Positions 30,684 to 40,698 of a stretch of 64,000 nucleotides of DNA are shown in pieces. The translations under genes and the position numbers were made by a program. Source of the DNA: a virus. The notes beneath the pieces are model-generated. The model worked only from the letters and a program-made list of their open reading frames with translations. It did no database searches and was not told the DNA's origin. Position 1 is the stretch's first letter. Each line of letters begins with the position of its first letter. Where the stretch lies: positions 22,871 to 86,870 of the IMG/VR virus record IMGVR_UViG_3300045988_104133; one strand, 5' to 3'.

Positions 30684-31865
30684 TTAACCCTTCTTGGTAA
30701 TGTCGATAATCCAACGGTAAGGAGAATCGAGCATAGCAGGAACAGAAGCGAGGAACAAGTCTGTTTTGAACTCCTGGTAGAGACCGTTCGCGGTAATCAT
30801 GTTACGCAGCAAGCCAAGCTTGTTGTTGGTCTGCGCCCAAGCCACATCAATGAGCTTGTTGCCAAGGGTGTCAAAGATACGCTTGTCAAGGATCTCCTTA
30901 CGCATGAAACGCAAAGGCTTGCCAGCAGGACGAAGAACAACTGTTCCGTCTGCCCAACCACGAATCTCTGTAACTGTGCCATCGAAGCGCTTGTTGTGCT
31001 CAACCTCATCGACAATCTCGATAGGAGAAAGACCGTTGAGGTCAACAACAGACTTCAAGAACATTGCGTTGTTTGGACCGTAGTTCTGCAAAACTGCCAC
31101 AAAGTTAGCGTTCGCCCAGCTCTTGTACAACTCAGCAATCTGCTTGTTCTTCAAGAATACGTTATTGTAGTCGTTCTTGGTCATCTGCCATACGAGAGGT
31201 ACACTGCGGTACTCGATGTTCTCCTTGCGCCAATCCTCCTCAAACTTGCGCATCTGCTCAAGTAAGTCGCAGTTTGGATCGTTCCAGGCAAGCGTACCCG
31301 CCTTTTTGAAGTTCTCCTTTGGAACCTTTGCGTCATACAGAGGCTCCTGGATACCACGACCAATCTTGTCGTAGTCGATGAAACCTGTCGAACTCAACTG
31401 AGCTGACATGTAGGTCATAGTCATGTCGAGTGAGTCGTACAATACCTGTACCTTGTCGAGGTAAGCATCAACCAGGTCAGCGTCGTTGCCGAACTCATCC
31501 TGGAGAAGCTTCATCTTGTGGTAACGCTCTGTCGCAGTCTCACGGAAGCCGTCAGCAGCGAAGTCTGGAATTGAAGCGGTGTACCACTCAATACCCTCAT
31601 GGTCGTTCTGATAGCCCTCGCCGAGAGGAGCACGGAGGTTCATCAAGGTTGCAGGGTTCAATTTACGTGTGCGAACCTTGAAGGTTGCATCACCATTGTT
31701 AGATGTAGGGGTGAGATCTGGATCAATGTCACCCTGTGTCAGATACCAGCCGTTGTTACAGCGAAGTACGCCGTCACGATTGACGAACTTCTGAAGGTAA
31801 GTGTTGTTACCCTTACCAGTGAAGAACTTCGCAAGCTGCTCGACACCAATATCAATTTTTGCCAT
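30684..31865 (-). CDS. Putative major capsid protein (393 aa)
   Basis: Size and a lambda-like order: scaffold, then a 257-aa protein, then this gene. Confidence 0.55.
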   Translation of the reverse strand: MAKIDIGVEQLAKFFTGKGNNTYLQKFVNRDGVLRCNNGWYLTQGDIDPDLTPTSNNGDATFKVRTRKLNPATLMNLRAPLGEGYQNDHEGIEWYTASIPDFAADGFRETATERYHKMKLLQDEFGNDADLVDAYLDKVQVLYDSLDMTMTYMSAQLSSTGFIDYDKIGRGIQEPLYDAKVPKENFKKAGTLAWNDPNCDLLEQMRKFEEDWRKENIEYRSVPLVWQMTKNDYNNVFLKNKQIAELYKSWANANFVAVLQNYGPNNAMFLKSVVDLNGLSPIEIVDEVEHNKRFDGTVTEIRGWADGTVVLRPAGKPLRFMRKEILDKRIFDTLGNKLIDVAWAQTNNKLGLLRNMITANGLYQEFKTDLFLASVPAMLDSPYRWIIDITKKG

Positions 31866-31900
31866 AATCCTGAATCAATCTTTTTACGTTATACAATAGG

Positions 31901-32674
31901 TTAAATGTGCCAGAACTCTGGGTAGAGTGACTTGTTCATCGCCTTAACAGCAGGAGGAACAGGACCCATGCGGTCAAGCCACATAACGCAGTCTGGATTC
32001 AACATACAGAAGTTGACGTTTGTACGAGGCTTGTGATACTTGTCGCCGCCGGCATCGAAATAAGGGAAATCGTTGTCGCTCGGAGCAAAGCAGTTAGGGT
32101 TGGTTACCATTGGCAGCACGCTCGCGCCTGCCTTCTCTGCCTCCACCAGCACGTCGCCAGCGATCAATGCGCCAAGCGCCTCCGAGAGGGTCAGCTTCCA
32201 TACGTCGCCTACCGATGTGTCGGTGGTTGCCTCCACGGCGGTCACGGTCACACCCTTTGCCTTTGTCTTGAAGTCCTTCTGACCGACCATGATGGTATCG
32301 CCAGGGAACGGGATGTGAACGAATCCGTTACGAACGATGTAGATGTCTGTGTCTGTAGCCGCAGTAGTAGCCTTTGCCACGCCGTAAGCCTTCAGAATCT
32401 TGATTGTAGCACCAGGACCTTCGTTGCCTGCTGTAAAGCCAAGATCGTGCTCAATCAAGTCGCCGGCATAAATCTTAGCCTGACCCTTGAATGGGTTGAC
32501 GAGCTTACCACCAATAGGTGGGTGAACGAAGGCATTCTTGACAAGTGCCTCAAGACCGGCAAACACGTATCGGGTTCCGCCGACCTTACCTTCTGTCTGA
32601 ACGATGGTTGCGCCGTGGCTAAGCATACCACGAGTACCCATCTGTTCCATGTAGGAAATAGAAGTGTTGTCCAT
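31901..32674 (-). CDS. Capsid-associated protein, possibly decoration (257 aa)
   Basis: Lies between the scaffold and major capsid genes. Confidence 0.35.
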   Translation of the reverse strand: MDNTSISYMEQMGTRGMLSHGATIVQTEGKVGGTRYVFAGLEALVKNAFVHPPIGGKLVNPFKGQAKIYAGDLIEHDLGFTAGNEGPGATIKILKAYGVAKATTAATDTDIYIVRNGFVHIPFPGDTIMVGQKDFKTKAKGVTVTAVEATTDTSVGDVWKLTLSEALGALIAGDVLVEAEKAGASVLPMVTNPNCFAPSDNDFPYFDAGGDKYHKPRTNVNFCMLNPDCVMWLDRMGPVPPAVKAMNKSLYPEFWHI

Positions 32675-32709
32675 AATCTTTTTACCTTTTTAAAATTGTT
32701 ATCCTGAAA

Positions 32710-33405
32710 TTACTTCTTGTCTCCACCGCCGAATCTCTTCTTTCGACGCTCGGCCACTTCTTCCATAAACTTGTCATCATCTGTGGACGTGCCTCCGCTA
32801 GACGTGCGACTGCCTTTTGCTGGAATACCGTTTTCACCGGTAGCCTCCTTGTACTCTGCGGTGTAGATTTTCTCAGCCTTAGAAACCAGGTCGTCGATGT
32901 CGACATCTTCGTCCGGAATCTCCAGCTTTGCGATTGCAGCATTGAGGAAGTAGTTCTTCATTTCAAGGTTTGCCTTGTCGAACTTATCCTTCAAACCTGC
33001 CTTTACTGACTCGATGGTTGCCTTCCTTGCAGCCTTCTTGTCTCTTTCTGCGTTAGCTTCCTTGAGGGCTTTGATTTCTTTGAGAAGCTCGTTGTATTTG
33101 TCGTCAGAATCGTCATTCTTGGCGGCCTCCTTACGCTTGCGCTCCTCTTCCTCTTCCTTCTTCTTGCGTTCAGCCTCCTCCTTGCTCTTCTTTACCTCGT
33201 CAGAGATATTCTTGTGCAAGTTGCCGTTGATACGCTTCAGACGGTTTGCTAACTTGGTAACCAACTTGGAATTTGCTTCCTCGTCATCACCGAAATCTTC
33301 CAAAACATCATCAAGTTCCTCATCGATGGTCTTTTGGCTAAGTTCTTTGAACTTGGTGGTATCAACCTCCTTGTTCACTAATGCTAAGAGTTCCTCTCTT
33401 GTCAT
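32710..33405 (-). CDS. Scaffolding protein (231 aa)
   Basis: Highly charged Glu/Lys-rich coiled coil. First gene of the head operon. Confidence 0.6.
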   Translation of the reverse strand: MTREELLALVNKEVDTTKFKELSQKTIDEELDDVLEDFGDDEEANSKLVTKLANRLKRINGNLHKNISDEVKKSKEEAERKKKEEEEERKRKEAAKNDDSDDKYNELLKEIKALKEANAERDKKAARKATIESVKAGLKDKFDKANLEMKNYFLNAAIAKLEIPDEDVDIDDLVSKAEKIYTAEYKEATGENGIPAKGSRTSSGGTSTDDDKFMEEVAERRKKRFGGGDKK

Positions 33406-33482
33406 GTTGTTTTTTGATTAAAAATGTTATCCCGAAAGTGGTCCCTCCACCTCGAAAACGTATAAATATACCTTTTATTTTG

Positions 33483-33490
33483 CAAATATA
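33483..33490 (-). promoter_or_regulatory. -7 box TATATTTG for the head/tail operon
   Basis: CAAATATA on the + strand in the divergent intergenic region. Confidence 0.45.
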
Positions 33491-33524
33491 TGAATAAATA
33501 TGCAATTATCAAAGAAAAATTGTA

Positions 33525-33532
33525 TATTTTTG
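33525..33532 (+). promoter_or_regulatory. -7 box TATTTTTG for the packaging operon
   Basis: 20 nt upstream of the terminase ATG. Confidence 0.45.
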
Positions 33533-33551
33533 CAGTATTAAATGTATATTT

Positions 33552-35195
33552 ATGCAGAAAGATGTATTTTCAGGATTAAAATTGGATAACGGAGAGCCTA
33601 TTTACACTCAAGAGTATATCCAATCATTAAGAGACGCCGACAAGAAGCATCCCGACAAGCTGAAGATTATAGCTCAGCGTGGCGGTCAGGAACGCATGCT
33701 GTCTATAGACGCTGATATTAAGATAGTTGGCGGTTCGCGAGGCGGCTCAAAATCGTTCTCTTCCCTAATGGAAGTTCTGAAGGATATTAAAAATCCAGAT
33801 TTTCATGCAACAATTCTTCGTAACGAAAAAGACGACTTACAGTCCTTAGTGACAGACTCTTATAAATTGTTCTCCCAATTTGGAACTTACAATAAGTCAC
33901 AAAATGATATGACCTGGAACTTCGATAACGGAGGATGGCTCAAATTCTCGTACTATGCTGGAGCCTATCAGGACTTCAAGACACGATTCCAGGGTCGCCA
34001 GTATGCCTACGTCTGCATCGATGAGGGTACTCAGTGCCCATACAAGAAGTTCAAGTACCTCTTGACCAACAACCGAAATGCAGCGCATATCCGAAACCGC
34101 TTCTGGATTACCTGTAACCCAGACCCGGAATCTTGGGTGAGAAAGTTCATTGACTGGTGGGTTGACGAGAACGGCTACATCATACCGGAACGGGACGGAG
34201 TTATACGATACTGTTTCATGGACGGAGATACGCCTGACTCAATCTACTGGGGTAACACGAGAGAAGAGGTGTACGAGCAGTGCAAGGGCATTATTGATAG
34301 CCTTTGGAAGGACAGCTATGAGGAACTTGGTTATACAAAGCTCGAAATGTTCATCAAGTCGGCAACATTCGTTCGCGCTGACGTATCAGAGAACATTAAG
34401 CTTATCTCTACCGATGCCTCATATCTCGCCAACCTTGCCCAACAGGACGAGGAACAGCGTATGCGAGACCTTGAAGCCAACTGGAACTGGAAGGCCGCCG
34501 GTGATGACATGATCAAGATGGAAGACCTTGATGAAATCTACGACAATGCAGAACAGATAGGAGATGGAAAACGCAGAGCTTCTGCCGATATTGCTTTCAC
34601 CGGCGGAGATAACTTCGTAATGTGGCTTTGGGAAGGATGGCATTGTAAAGACTTGGTTGTGCTGAGGCTGGACCCTAAGACGCTCGTTTCTGTAGTTGAG
34701 GCCAAGCTGAGAGAGTGGGGGGTCGAGGAATGTAACTTCACTTACGATATGCAGGGAATCGGTCAGTACTTCAAGGGATTCTTCAAGGATGCCGTCCCAT
34801 TCAACAACCAGGCAGCACCTATCGCTAGGAATCATCAGGAAGAAGAAGGAATCAAATATCTCTATAAAGATTTGAAGTCTCAGTGTGCTTGGTTATTCTA
34901 TAAGATGATAAAGGAGAAGCAGATTTCCATCGACTCGGCCCTGCTTGAAAGAAAGTATTCAGGAAACGGATTTGACAAGGTTCCTCTCAGACAGATTCTT
35001 CAGAAGGAGCGTAAGATGCTCAGACGTGACGAGAATAGCGATGATAGGGGATTCAAGCTATTACCTAAGAAGATTGCCAAGAAATATGTCGGGCACTCGC
35101 CTGACTTCTTTGAATCTTGGTTCTACGTAATGATATTCAGTTTAACAAAAAAGAAAAATAAAAAGGTAAAAGGATTATGGATGCTATCAAGGTAA
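33552..35195 (+). CDS. terL: Terminase large subunit (547 aa)
   Basis: Size, P-loop-like VGGSRGGSKS, acidic YVCIDEGTQ. Overlaps the portal gene downstream. Confidence 0.75.
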   Translation: MQKDVFSGLKLDNGEPIYTQEYIQSLRDADKKHPDKLKIIAQRGGQERMLSIDADIKIVGGSRGGSKSFSSLMEVLKDIKNPDFHATILRNEKDDLQSLVTDSYKLFSQFGTYNKSQNDMTWNFDNGGWLKFSYYAGAYQDFKTRFQGRQYAYVCIDEGTQCPYKKFKYLLTNNRNAAHIRNRFWITCNPDPESWVRKFIDWWVDENGYIIPERDGVIRYCFMDGDTPDSIYWGNTREEVYEQCKGIIDSLWKDSYEELGYTKLEMFIKSATFVRADVSENIKLISTDASYLANLAQQDEEQRMRDLEANWNWKAAGDDMIKMEDLDEIYDNAEQIGDGKRRASADIAFTGGDNFVMWLWEGWHCKDLVVLRLDPKTLVSVVEAKLREWGVEECNFTYDMQGIGQYFKGFFKDAVPFNNQAAPIARNHQEEEGIKYLYKDLKSQCAWLFYKMIKEKQISIDSALLERKYSGNGFDKVPLRQILQKERKMLRRDENSDDRGFKLLPKKIAKKYVGHSPDFFESWFYVMIFSLTKKKNKKVKGLWMLSR

Positions 35196-36883
35196 CAAAT
35201 TTCAGAAAGATTCTCGTAAAGAAGCCTTTCTTTGAACTCACGCCAAAGGGGTACATGAACCACGATGGCTATTGCAGGAACGAGGTGTCCGATAATGAAG
35301 ACCCTCAGATGCCGCAAGATACATTGTACAGAGTGATTAAGACTCAGAAGGACTTCCTTCGTGAGTTCTATCCTACGTCCCACAAAATCTTCGACAAGGA
35401 TCTCTACCCTGACATCTGGAGAAAGAACCCGGAAGACGGGAAATGGTATGTCCAGGAGATTCAAAGAACGGCATTTGCTTTCCAGCAAGTTATTCATACG
35501 AAGCATGTTCTCCACATGACAGGTAACGATATTCAGTTTGAGCTTGCCGGTGATCCTGAGATGAAGAAACAGGAAGAGTATATTAATCTCCTTGCCAAGT
35601 TCAAGAAGGGATGGTATATGCACGATATGGAGATTCGTCACTATGAGGCTGTAAGTTCGTACATGAAGGTTGCTGAGGCTGCTGTAGTCGGATTCTTCGA
35701 TAAAAACAAGAAATTCGGTACTCGCACATTGGCTTTCGATAGAGGAGACACATTGTATCCTCAGTTCGACCCTCTTACTGGCGAACTCGTTGTGTTTGCT
35801 CGCAAGTATTACGACTTCGATGAGGAAGGCAATGAAAAGATTGAATGGGTAGAGGTGTGGGATGACAAGACGTTCTACCGCTTCAAGAAGCAAGTTAACG
35901 AAGGTAAGGTCAAGGAGACTATCAAGAGAATTGCCAAGATATTCGGAATCGACGACTATACTTGCGTTGAAGAGAAAGCTCACGGCTTCCCATTTATCCC
36001 TGTTGCATACGTAAGAAACGATGACGGTCCATGCTGGTCTGTTGTACAGAAGAACATCGAGGACTACGAGGAAGCTTTCTCTTATCTCTGCGAGAACAAC
36101 AAGGCTTACGCCTTCCCTATAATGAAGCTGAAGGGCGATGGTGACGACATTACCGTTGTTGGAGATACAGACGGATCGGCTAAGATGATTCAGATTACCG
36201 ATACGAATGGTGATGCAGACTTCATTAACGGAACAGACGCTTCCGATGCATTTGCGACACAGCTCAACAAGTCGTATGACCTCATCTATGAGCTTTCGTT
36301 CACTGTAAAGCCACCGGAGCTGAAGTCGGGTGACCTTCCGGGCGTTGCTATCAAGCTGCTCTATTCTCCTGCCATCGAGGTTGCAGAGAACGATGCTAAG
36401 AAGATGCATCCGTTCCTGGATCAACTTGTTCGTATCTCAAAGTATGGTATCGGAGTTGAAGAAAACTGCATGGCCACTATGACCGGTCTTCCTATTCACG
36501 CTTGGGTGGAAATCTATGTGCATCAGAACAAATCTGAGATTATCACAAACTTGGCAACGGCTGTTCAAAACGGCTTCCTCTCAAAGCAGACTGCATCTGA
36601 GCGTTGCCCAGACTTCCCAGTTAACGATGAATACGACCGTATCATGCGCGAGAAGAAGGAAGAGGATCAGCAGGACCTCCTCATGGATATTCAGCGTGCG
36701 GATAACGAAACTCAAAATGCAATCGAGGAGCAGAAAGCTACTGCGAATATTCAGAATGGAGGTAGTGGAAACGTACGTACGGGTCGCGGAGCTGGACGCC
36801 CAAATAAGTCAGGAACCAAATGGGACGAGAATCGGAACGCCCCGAATGAGAACAACTGGCAGCACTACAACCAAACCCATTAA
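35177..36883 (+). CDS. Portal protein (568 aa)
   Basis: Size and position between the terminase and the MuF-like gene. Confidence 0.7.
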   Translation: MDAIKVTNFRKILVKKPFFELTPKGYMNHDGYCRNEVSDNEDPQMPQDTLYRVIKTQKDFLREFYPTSHKIFDKDLYPDIWRKNPEDGKWYVQEIQRTAFAFQQVIHTKHVLHMTGNDIQFELAGDPEMKKQEEYINLLAKFKKGWYMHDMEIRHYEAVSSYMKVAEAAVVGFFDKNKKFGTRTLAFDRGDTLYPQFDPLTGELVVFARKYYDFDEEGNEKIEWVEVWDDKTFYRFKKQVNEGKVKETIKRIAKIFGIDDYTCVEEKAHGFPFIPVAYVRNDDGPCWSVVQKNIEDYEEAFSYLCENNKAYAFPIMKLKGDGDDITVVGDTDGSAKMIQITDTNGDADFINGTDASDAFATQLNKSYDLIYELSFTVKPPELKSGDLPGVAIKLLYSPAIEVAENDAKKMHPFLDQLVRISKYGIGVEENCMATMTGLPIHAWVEIYVHQNKSEIITNLATAVQNGFLSKQTASERCPDFPVNDEYDRIMREKKEEDQQDLLMDIQRADNETQNAIEEQKATANIQNGGSGNVRTGRGAGRPNKSGTKWDENRNAPNENNWQHYNQTH

Positions 36884-36889
36884 TAGCCT

Positions 36890-37666
36890 ATGGATGAATT
36901 AAAACGTTCTGTCGATTACAGCAGGAAGCGCTTGCAGGCAATCCGAAACTGCGAGGACCATGTTGCAGATATTCTCTGGAAATCGACACAGAAAATAATT
37001 GCCGCAAGTAAGCGATACAGAGGTGCGGGCAGGCTCACAAACGAGTCAGCCCTGCTCTCTTACGCCAAGAATGTTACTGCTGATGCAGAGGAGAGTATCA
37101 ACAGTTACATCTCTGCTTACTCCAAGGTTTCATGCAAGATTCTCGGGATTGACAACGAGAACATAGAATCGTTTCTCGTCAGCGACATCTACGGAAAGAC
37201 GACATCCGAAAGAAACGCCGTCTATCTCGGAAACTTTGCTGAAGATATTGTAAGGATGATCAAGGCAGGAACCTTGATGGGATATTCAGACCAGCAGCTC
37301 CTGTCTTCCATCCGCACAGGCTATAAAGACCCATATCACACATCAGTCATCACCAAGGCGAAGAGAAAGGACATAAATATCGATGTTCCTTCTTACGGAA
37401 AGGGATACTACAAGAACGCCTATCAGAACATTGTAAGAAACGCCTCTCAGGTGATTGCTTTGGCGTGGGGACAGGCAGAGCAGGAGTATGGGCAGGAGAA
37501 CAAGGCTATCGGGTTCTACGTCAAGAGAGGAAGTAGTTATCCATGCGAAATCTGCCAAAATGAAGCCGATGCTGGCATCCATTCTTTCAAAGATCCATAT
37601 CCTCCATTTCACGTTTCGTGTTGTTGCTACACAGTATTTGCATTCAAGGATAATAAAAAGAAATAA
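36890..37666 (+). CDS. Head morphogenesis protein, SPP1 gp7/Mu F family
   Basis: C-terminal PCEICQ...PPFHVSCCC motif, directly downstream of the portal. Confidence 0.7.
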   Translation: MDELKRSVDYSRKRLQAIRNCEDHVADILWKSTQKIIAASKRYRGAGRLTNESALLSYAKNVTADAEESINSYISAYSKVSCKILGIDNENIESFLVSDIYGKTTSERNAVYLGNFAEDIVRMIKAGTLMGYSDQQLLSSIRTGYKDPYHTSVITKAKRKDINIDVPSYGKGYYKNAYQNIVRNASQVIALAWGQAEQEYGQENKAIGFYVKRGSSYPCEICQNEADAGIHSFKDPYPPFHVSCCCYTVFAFKDNKKK

Positions 37667-37670
37667 GATT

Positions 37671-38219
37671 ATGATTGAAGAAACAAAAGGATACACGTTA
37701 TCCGTCGATACATACAAGAAAGCGAAGGCTCTCAAGATGAAAGACCCTCGCTATTACATCTACGCCAGTCTCCGTGGTTCAGGTATGTCTGTTCGTGACA
37801 GCTGGGCCATCGCATTCCAAGGAGAAGGAATAGGTGTGTGGGAGAAATCATTCCTCGAAAACGAGATGAACAAGCTAGAAGCCCAAGAGTCCGTCCAGAA
37901 GAGAATAGCAGAGGTTCAGGGCAAGAAAACGAAGAACGAGAACGCCGATGAACTCACCCAGGAGGAACTTATTAAGGCTACCTCGAAGGAAGAGATTCTG
38001 AGAAACCTCGTTATCGCTCAGCGCAAGCAGAAGTTTGGCTCTCCAGAGTGGCAAAAGACAACTGCCATGATAGCCGACTACTCTAAGATTAAGCAGGACG
38101 AAATTGATACAGAAAATAATGTGGTCCACTACTACATTCCTCTATCAATGCCTCGATGCTGCGAGGACTGCATTATCTTCAAAAATGGCCAGGCGACCTT
38201 TCAAAAGAAGAAGAAATAG
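37671..38219 (+). CDS. Hypothetical protein, possibly terminase small subunit
   Basis: Track ORF 37455..38219 trimmed to MIEETKGY just after the MuF stop. SKEEILRNLVIAQRK...IADYSKIKQD resembles small-terminase C-termini, but only weakly. Confidence 0.55.
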   Translation: MIEETKGYTLSVDTYKKAKALKMKDPRYYIYASLRGSGMSVRDSWAIAFQGEGIGVWEKSFLENEMNKLEAQESVQKRIAEVQGKKTKNENADELTQEELIKATSKEEILRNLVIAQRKQKFGSPEWQKTTAMIADYSKIKQDEIDTENNVVHYYIPLSMPRCCEDCIIFKNGQATFQKKKK

Positions 38220-38271
38220 TTAAATTCGTGTTAAAGTAACTTTGTTTTACTAGAATTTCAGCAAAACCAAG

Positions 38272-38279
38272 TACCTTTG
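38272..38279 (+). promoter_or_regulatory. -7 box TACCTTTG with upstream TTTG (38241)
   Basis: Exact TAnnTTTG match in the gap between convergent operons. Confidence 0.5.
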
Positions 38280-38285
38280 CAAACA

Positions 38286-38381
38286 ATTAATGTTCACAGA
38301 TTCTTTCTGCTGAGCATAATTCAAATTATTTTGGTTAACTAAGAGGGGCAGTGTCTTCACAGATGCTGCCCCTCGCTTTTT
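38286..38381 (+). ncRNA. Candidate ~95-nt sRNA carrying an anti-leader sequence
   Basis: Promoter box upstream and an intrinsic terminator at the 3' end. Only a 7-codon ORF. 38315..38338 is the exact reverse complement of a TTAACCAA-N8-GAATTATG leader. Confidence 0.4.
38343..38381 (+). terminator. Intrinsic terminator
   Basis: GAGGGGCAG/CTGCCCCTC stem followed by GCTTTTT. Confidence 0.7.
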
Positions 38382-38419
38382 AAAACAAATATATAAGTAG
38401 AAGAAAACTTTGAAGTCAA

Positions 38420-38608
38420 TTAAGGATACTTCTCTCCGGTAACCAACTCAAGTATACCCTTAAGCCTATCATTAAGAAGGTCGTCGTTGAATACTGGAAG
38501 AATACCGTATGGAGGAAGTTTCTTCGTCTCTGCGGCCTCCAAAATAAACTGGAGCGCCTGTACCAGGGAAGTATGGTCTTGAACGACCTCAAGCAACTTA
38601 TCGCTCAT
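38420..38608 (-). CDS. Hypothetical protein (62 aa)
   Basis: Track ORF 38420..38785 trimmed to MSDKLLEVV. The longer version overlaps the better upstream ORF out of frame. Confidence 0.45.
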   Translation of the reverse strand: MSDKLLEVVQDHTSLVQALQFILEAAETKKLPPYGILPVFNDDLLNDRLKGILELVTGEKYP

Positions 38609-39152
38609 CCTTGCCTCCTTTCTTCTTAATCTGCTCTGCCATTTCAAGAATAGTCTCGGCGTGCTTATCTCGGTCGATGACCTCCTGAACTGCCTCATCG
38701 CTTTCTTTGCGAAGCTGCTCTTCAGTCTTACCCTCGTCGGCAGCAGCGTTTCTTCTTGCAGCCTCACGAGCAAGGTATTCGTCACGAAGCTTCAACTTAC
38801 CTGCCGTGTATTCTGCATCGCCAGGCAACGATGTATCAGCATACATAAGCTGGGCAAATGCCTCGATGATGTTTCCATTATCCTTGGAGAACTCATAATG
38901 GTCTCCTACAGCCACAGGAACACATTCATCGAGCGCAGCGTACATTGATGTACCGATAGAGTATTCAATACCCCATGTACCGGCAATGTCAGCAATCTTG
39001 ATGAAAGGCAGAGAGCCTCTCTGTAAATGCTTCTTGATATCAGCAGGAATATCCTCTCTGAGTGAAGCAACTTCTTTCTTAGACAAGCTCTTGCTGAACT
39101 TCAGCACGGTGAAGTGTCTTGTCTTAATAGTCTTTCCAAATGGTAATGCCAT
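38598..39152 (-). CDS. Hypothetical protein (184 aa)
   Basis: Track ORF with protein-like composition. Confidence 0.65.
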   Translation of the reverse strand: MALPFGKTIKTRHFTVLKFSKSLSKKEVASLREDIPADIKKHLQRGSLPFIKIADIAGTWGIEYSIGTSMYAALDECVPVAVGDHYEFSKDNGNIIEAFAQLMYADTSLPGDAEYTAGKLKLRDEYLAREAARRNAAADEGKTEEQLRKESDEAVQEVIDRDKHAETILEMAEQIKKKGGKDER

Positions 39153-39164
39153 GATAACAATATT

Positions 39165-39308
39165 TTAGAGTTCAACTTTTATTTCCTTATACTCGAAATC
39201 TGCGCAAGATGGATTCTCCTCAGAAGTAAACCTAATCTCATTAGGGTGGTTACAAGCTCCATTCTTGAAGAAGAAGCAATCCTTGCAAGTGTAATCAGTC
39301 TGTTCCAT
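39165..39308 (-). CDS. Cys-rich mini-protein (47 aa)
   Basis: Hand translation MEQTDYTCKDCFFFKNGACNHPNEIRFTSEENPSCADFEYKEIKVEL. Fills the gap between flanking genes. Confidence 0.4.
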   Translation of the reverse strand: MEQTDYTCKDCFFFKNGACNHPNEIRFTSEENPSCADFEYKEIKVEL

Positions 39309-39921
39309 GTTCCTTACGTTTTTGATATTCCATCAATGTCAAGATACAATAGTTAGCGCAGTCAAGAAGAGCATCTTCCAATGGTTCATTAGCAACTTGC
39401 GCCTCATTGTCCTTCAGCGTCTTGATGCGATTTACCTTCTCTCGTATCTTTCCGTAGCCGTAGTTGATACCAAGCTCATCATACATTTCGGAAAAAGCAT
39501 TCCCATAATCGTGATTCTTGCGCTTGTAGGTATCGCTCATCTTGTCGGTGATATCCTTGAAGCGGTCAGCATCGGTTCTTTCGTTTTGTTTCCCCTTAAG
39601 CGGCAACTTGCTCCAATCAAGATTATCGCCGATGATACAATCCTTCCATTCATCCATCAGCTTTTCTGCATATTCGGGATATAAACCATTCTTCTGCAAA
39701 ATATCTAAATCTACGCGTACATTAGTAATGTCGCGAACGCCACAATAAACACAGTCATTTTTAACAGACTTTACACAAAAAACATCTGTAGGTTCAATCA
39801 GTGACATGCAGCATCCTTTCCTTGTATTGACATAATAGAAAAATCCTCCTCTGGTGCGTTCTATACTCTCGCACGGAAGTAAAAACTCCAGCCCTACCTT
39901 AATATCTTCTTTCTTAATCAT
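39295..39921 (-). CDS. DUF1599-like domain protein (208 aa)
   Basis: C-terminal KRKNHDYGNAF...GKIREKVNRIKTL...EDALLDCANYCIL resembles DUF1599 (recalled). Confidence 0.6.
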   Translation of the reverse strand: MIKKEDIKVGLEFLLPCESIERTRGGFFYYVNTRKGCCMSLIEPTDVFCVKSVKNDCVYCGVRDITNVRVDLDILQKNGLYPEYAEKLMDEWKDCIIGDNLDWSKLPLKGKQNERTDADRFKDITDKMSDTYKRKNHDYGNAFSEMYDELGINYGYGKIREKVNRIKTLKDNEAQVANEPLEDALLDCANYCILTLMEYQKRKEHGTD

Positions 39922-39941
39922 AAGCTATTCCTCCTTATCTT

Positions 39942-40319
39942 TTAGTTCAACGAAATCACCAATGCCCAAACGAGCATTGTTGATGCAAGACGCAATCCAA
40001 CCCCCATCAGGTAGGCAGAAGGCTCGCCGCCGTGTTCCAAGTCAGTATATTCCTCGATGGCATCGCAGACGTGAGAAGCTTCATGGCAGCAATAGTTCAT
40101 CGACATAACCTTCCGACACGGAAACGATACAAGAACGCCGCGCCTTCTGTCGCTCTTTCTGACAGCATCGGAATACGTAACGCCGCCGTAATCAATATCG
40201 GGAGCCTTACATTTGTCAAAGCAGGAATCTATCAGCTCTTTCAGGTCTTTACCGATGTGTACCCAAAGTTTCAAAGGGTAGATTCCGTTTCCATATTCGT
40301 AATATCCTTTCTTCTTCAT
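39942..40319 (-). CDS. Putative zinc metallopeptidase-like protein (HExxH)
   Basis: HEASH motif inside CCHEASHVCD. Confidence 0.5.
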   Translation of the reverse strand: MKKKGYYEYGNGIYPLKLWVHIGKDLKELIDSCFDKCKAPDIDYGGVTYSDAVRKSDRRRGVLVSFPCRKVMSMNYCCHEASHVCDAIEEYTDLEHGGEPSAYLMGVGLRLASTMLVWALVISLN

Positions 40320-40600
40320 ACCTCATCGTTTTTATGTTTCTCCCACCCTGCTTTTGAAAAGGCATACCAAGTATCACAAATGTCTAGAGCAAGAACGTCT
40401 CCTTGATTAATACATAAATCGCTTTTAATACCTTCAACATGAACATACATCACTGCTAAAGCATCATAAGGATTACTACGACCTTCTATAAACGGATTTT
40501 TAAAGAACTTGGTCTTGTATACACTAGTAACAATAGGCACTTGAAGAACATCTGAAATATTCTCTGTGCTAATCTCTATCGACTTCTTAAACTTCTTCAT
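40316..40600 (-). CDS. Hypothetical protein (94 aa)
   Basis: Track ORF, ATGA coupling to the downstream gene. Confidence 0.6.
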   Translation of the reverse strand: MKKFKKSIEISTENISDVLQVPIVTSVYKTKFFKNPFIEGRSNPYDALAVMYVHVEGIKSDLCINQGDVLALDICDTWYAFSKAGWEKHKNDEV

Positions 40601-40698
40601 ATTCTCAAATATTTATTTTGGATACAATCTCGATGGCAGACAATAATGTCTTCTCGCTGATACCTTTTCCACTACCAACACCATCTTTCTCTATCTTT

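Noticed and set aside
35123-36424. 433-aa minus-strand ORF
   Set aside because: It is antisense to the portal gene, whose translation is protein-like and which fits the terminase-portal-MuF order. The antisense product is Leu/Ile/Val-rich with no start context.
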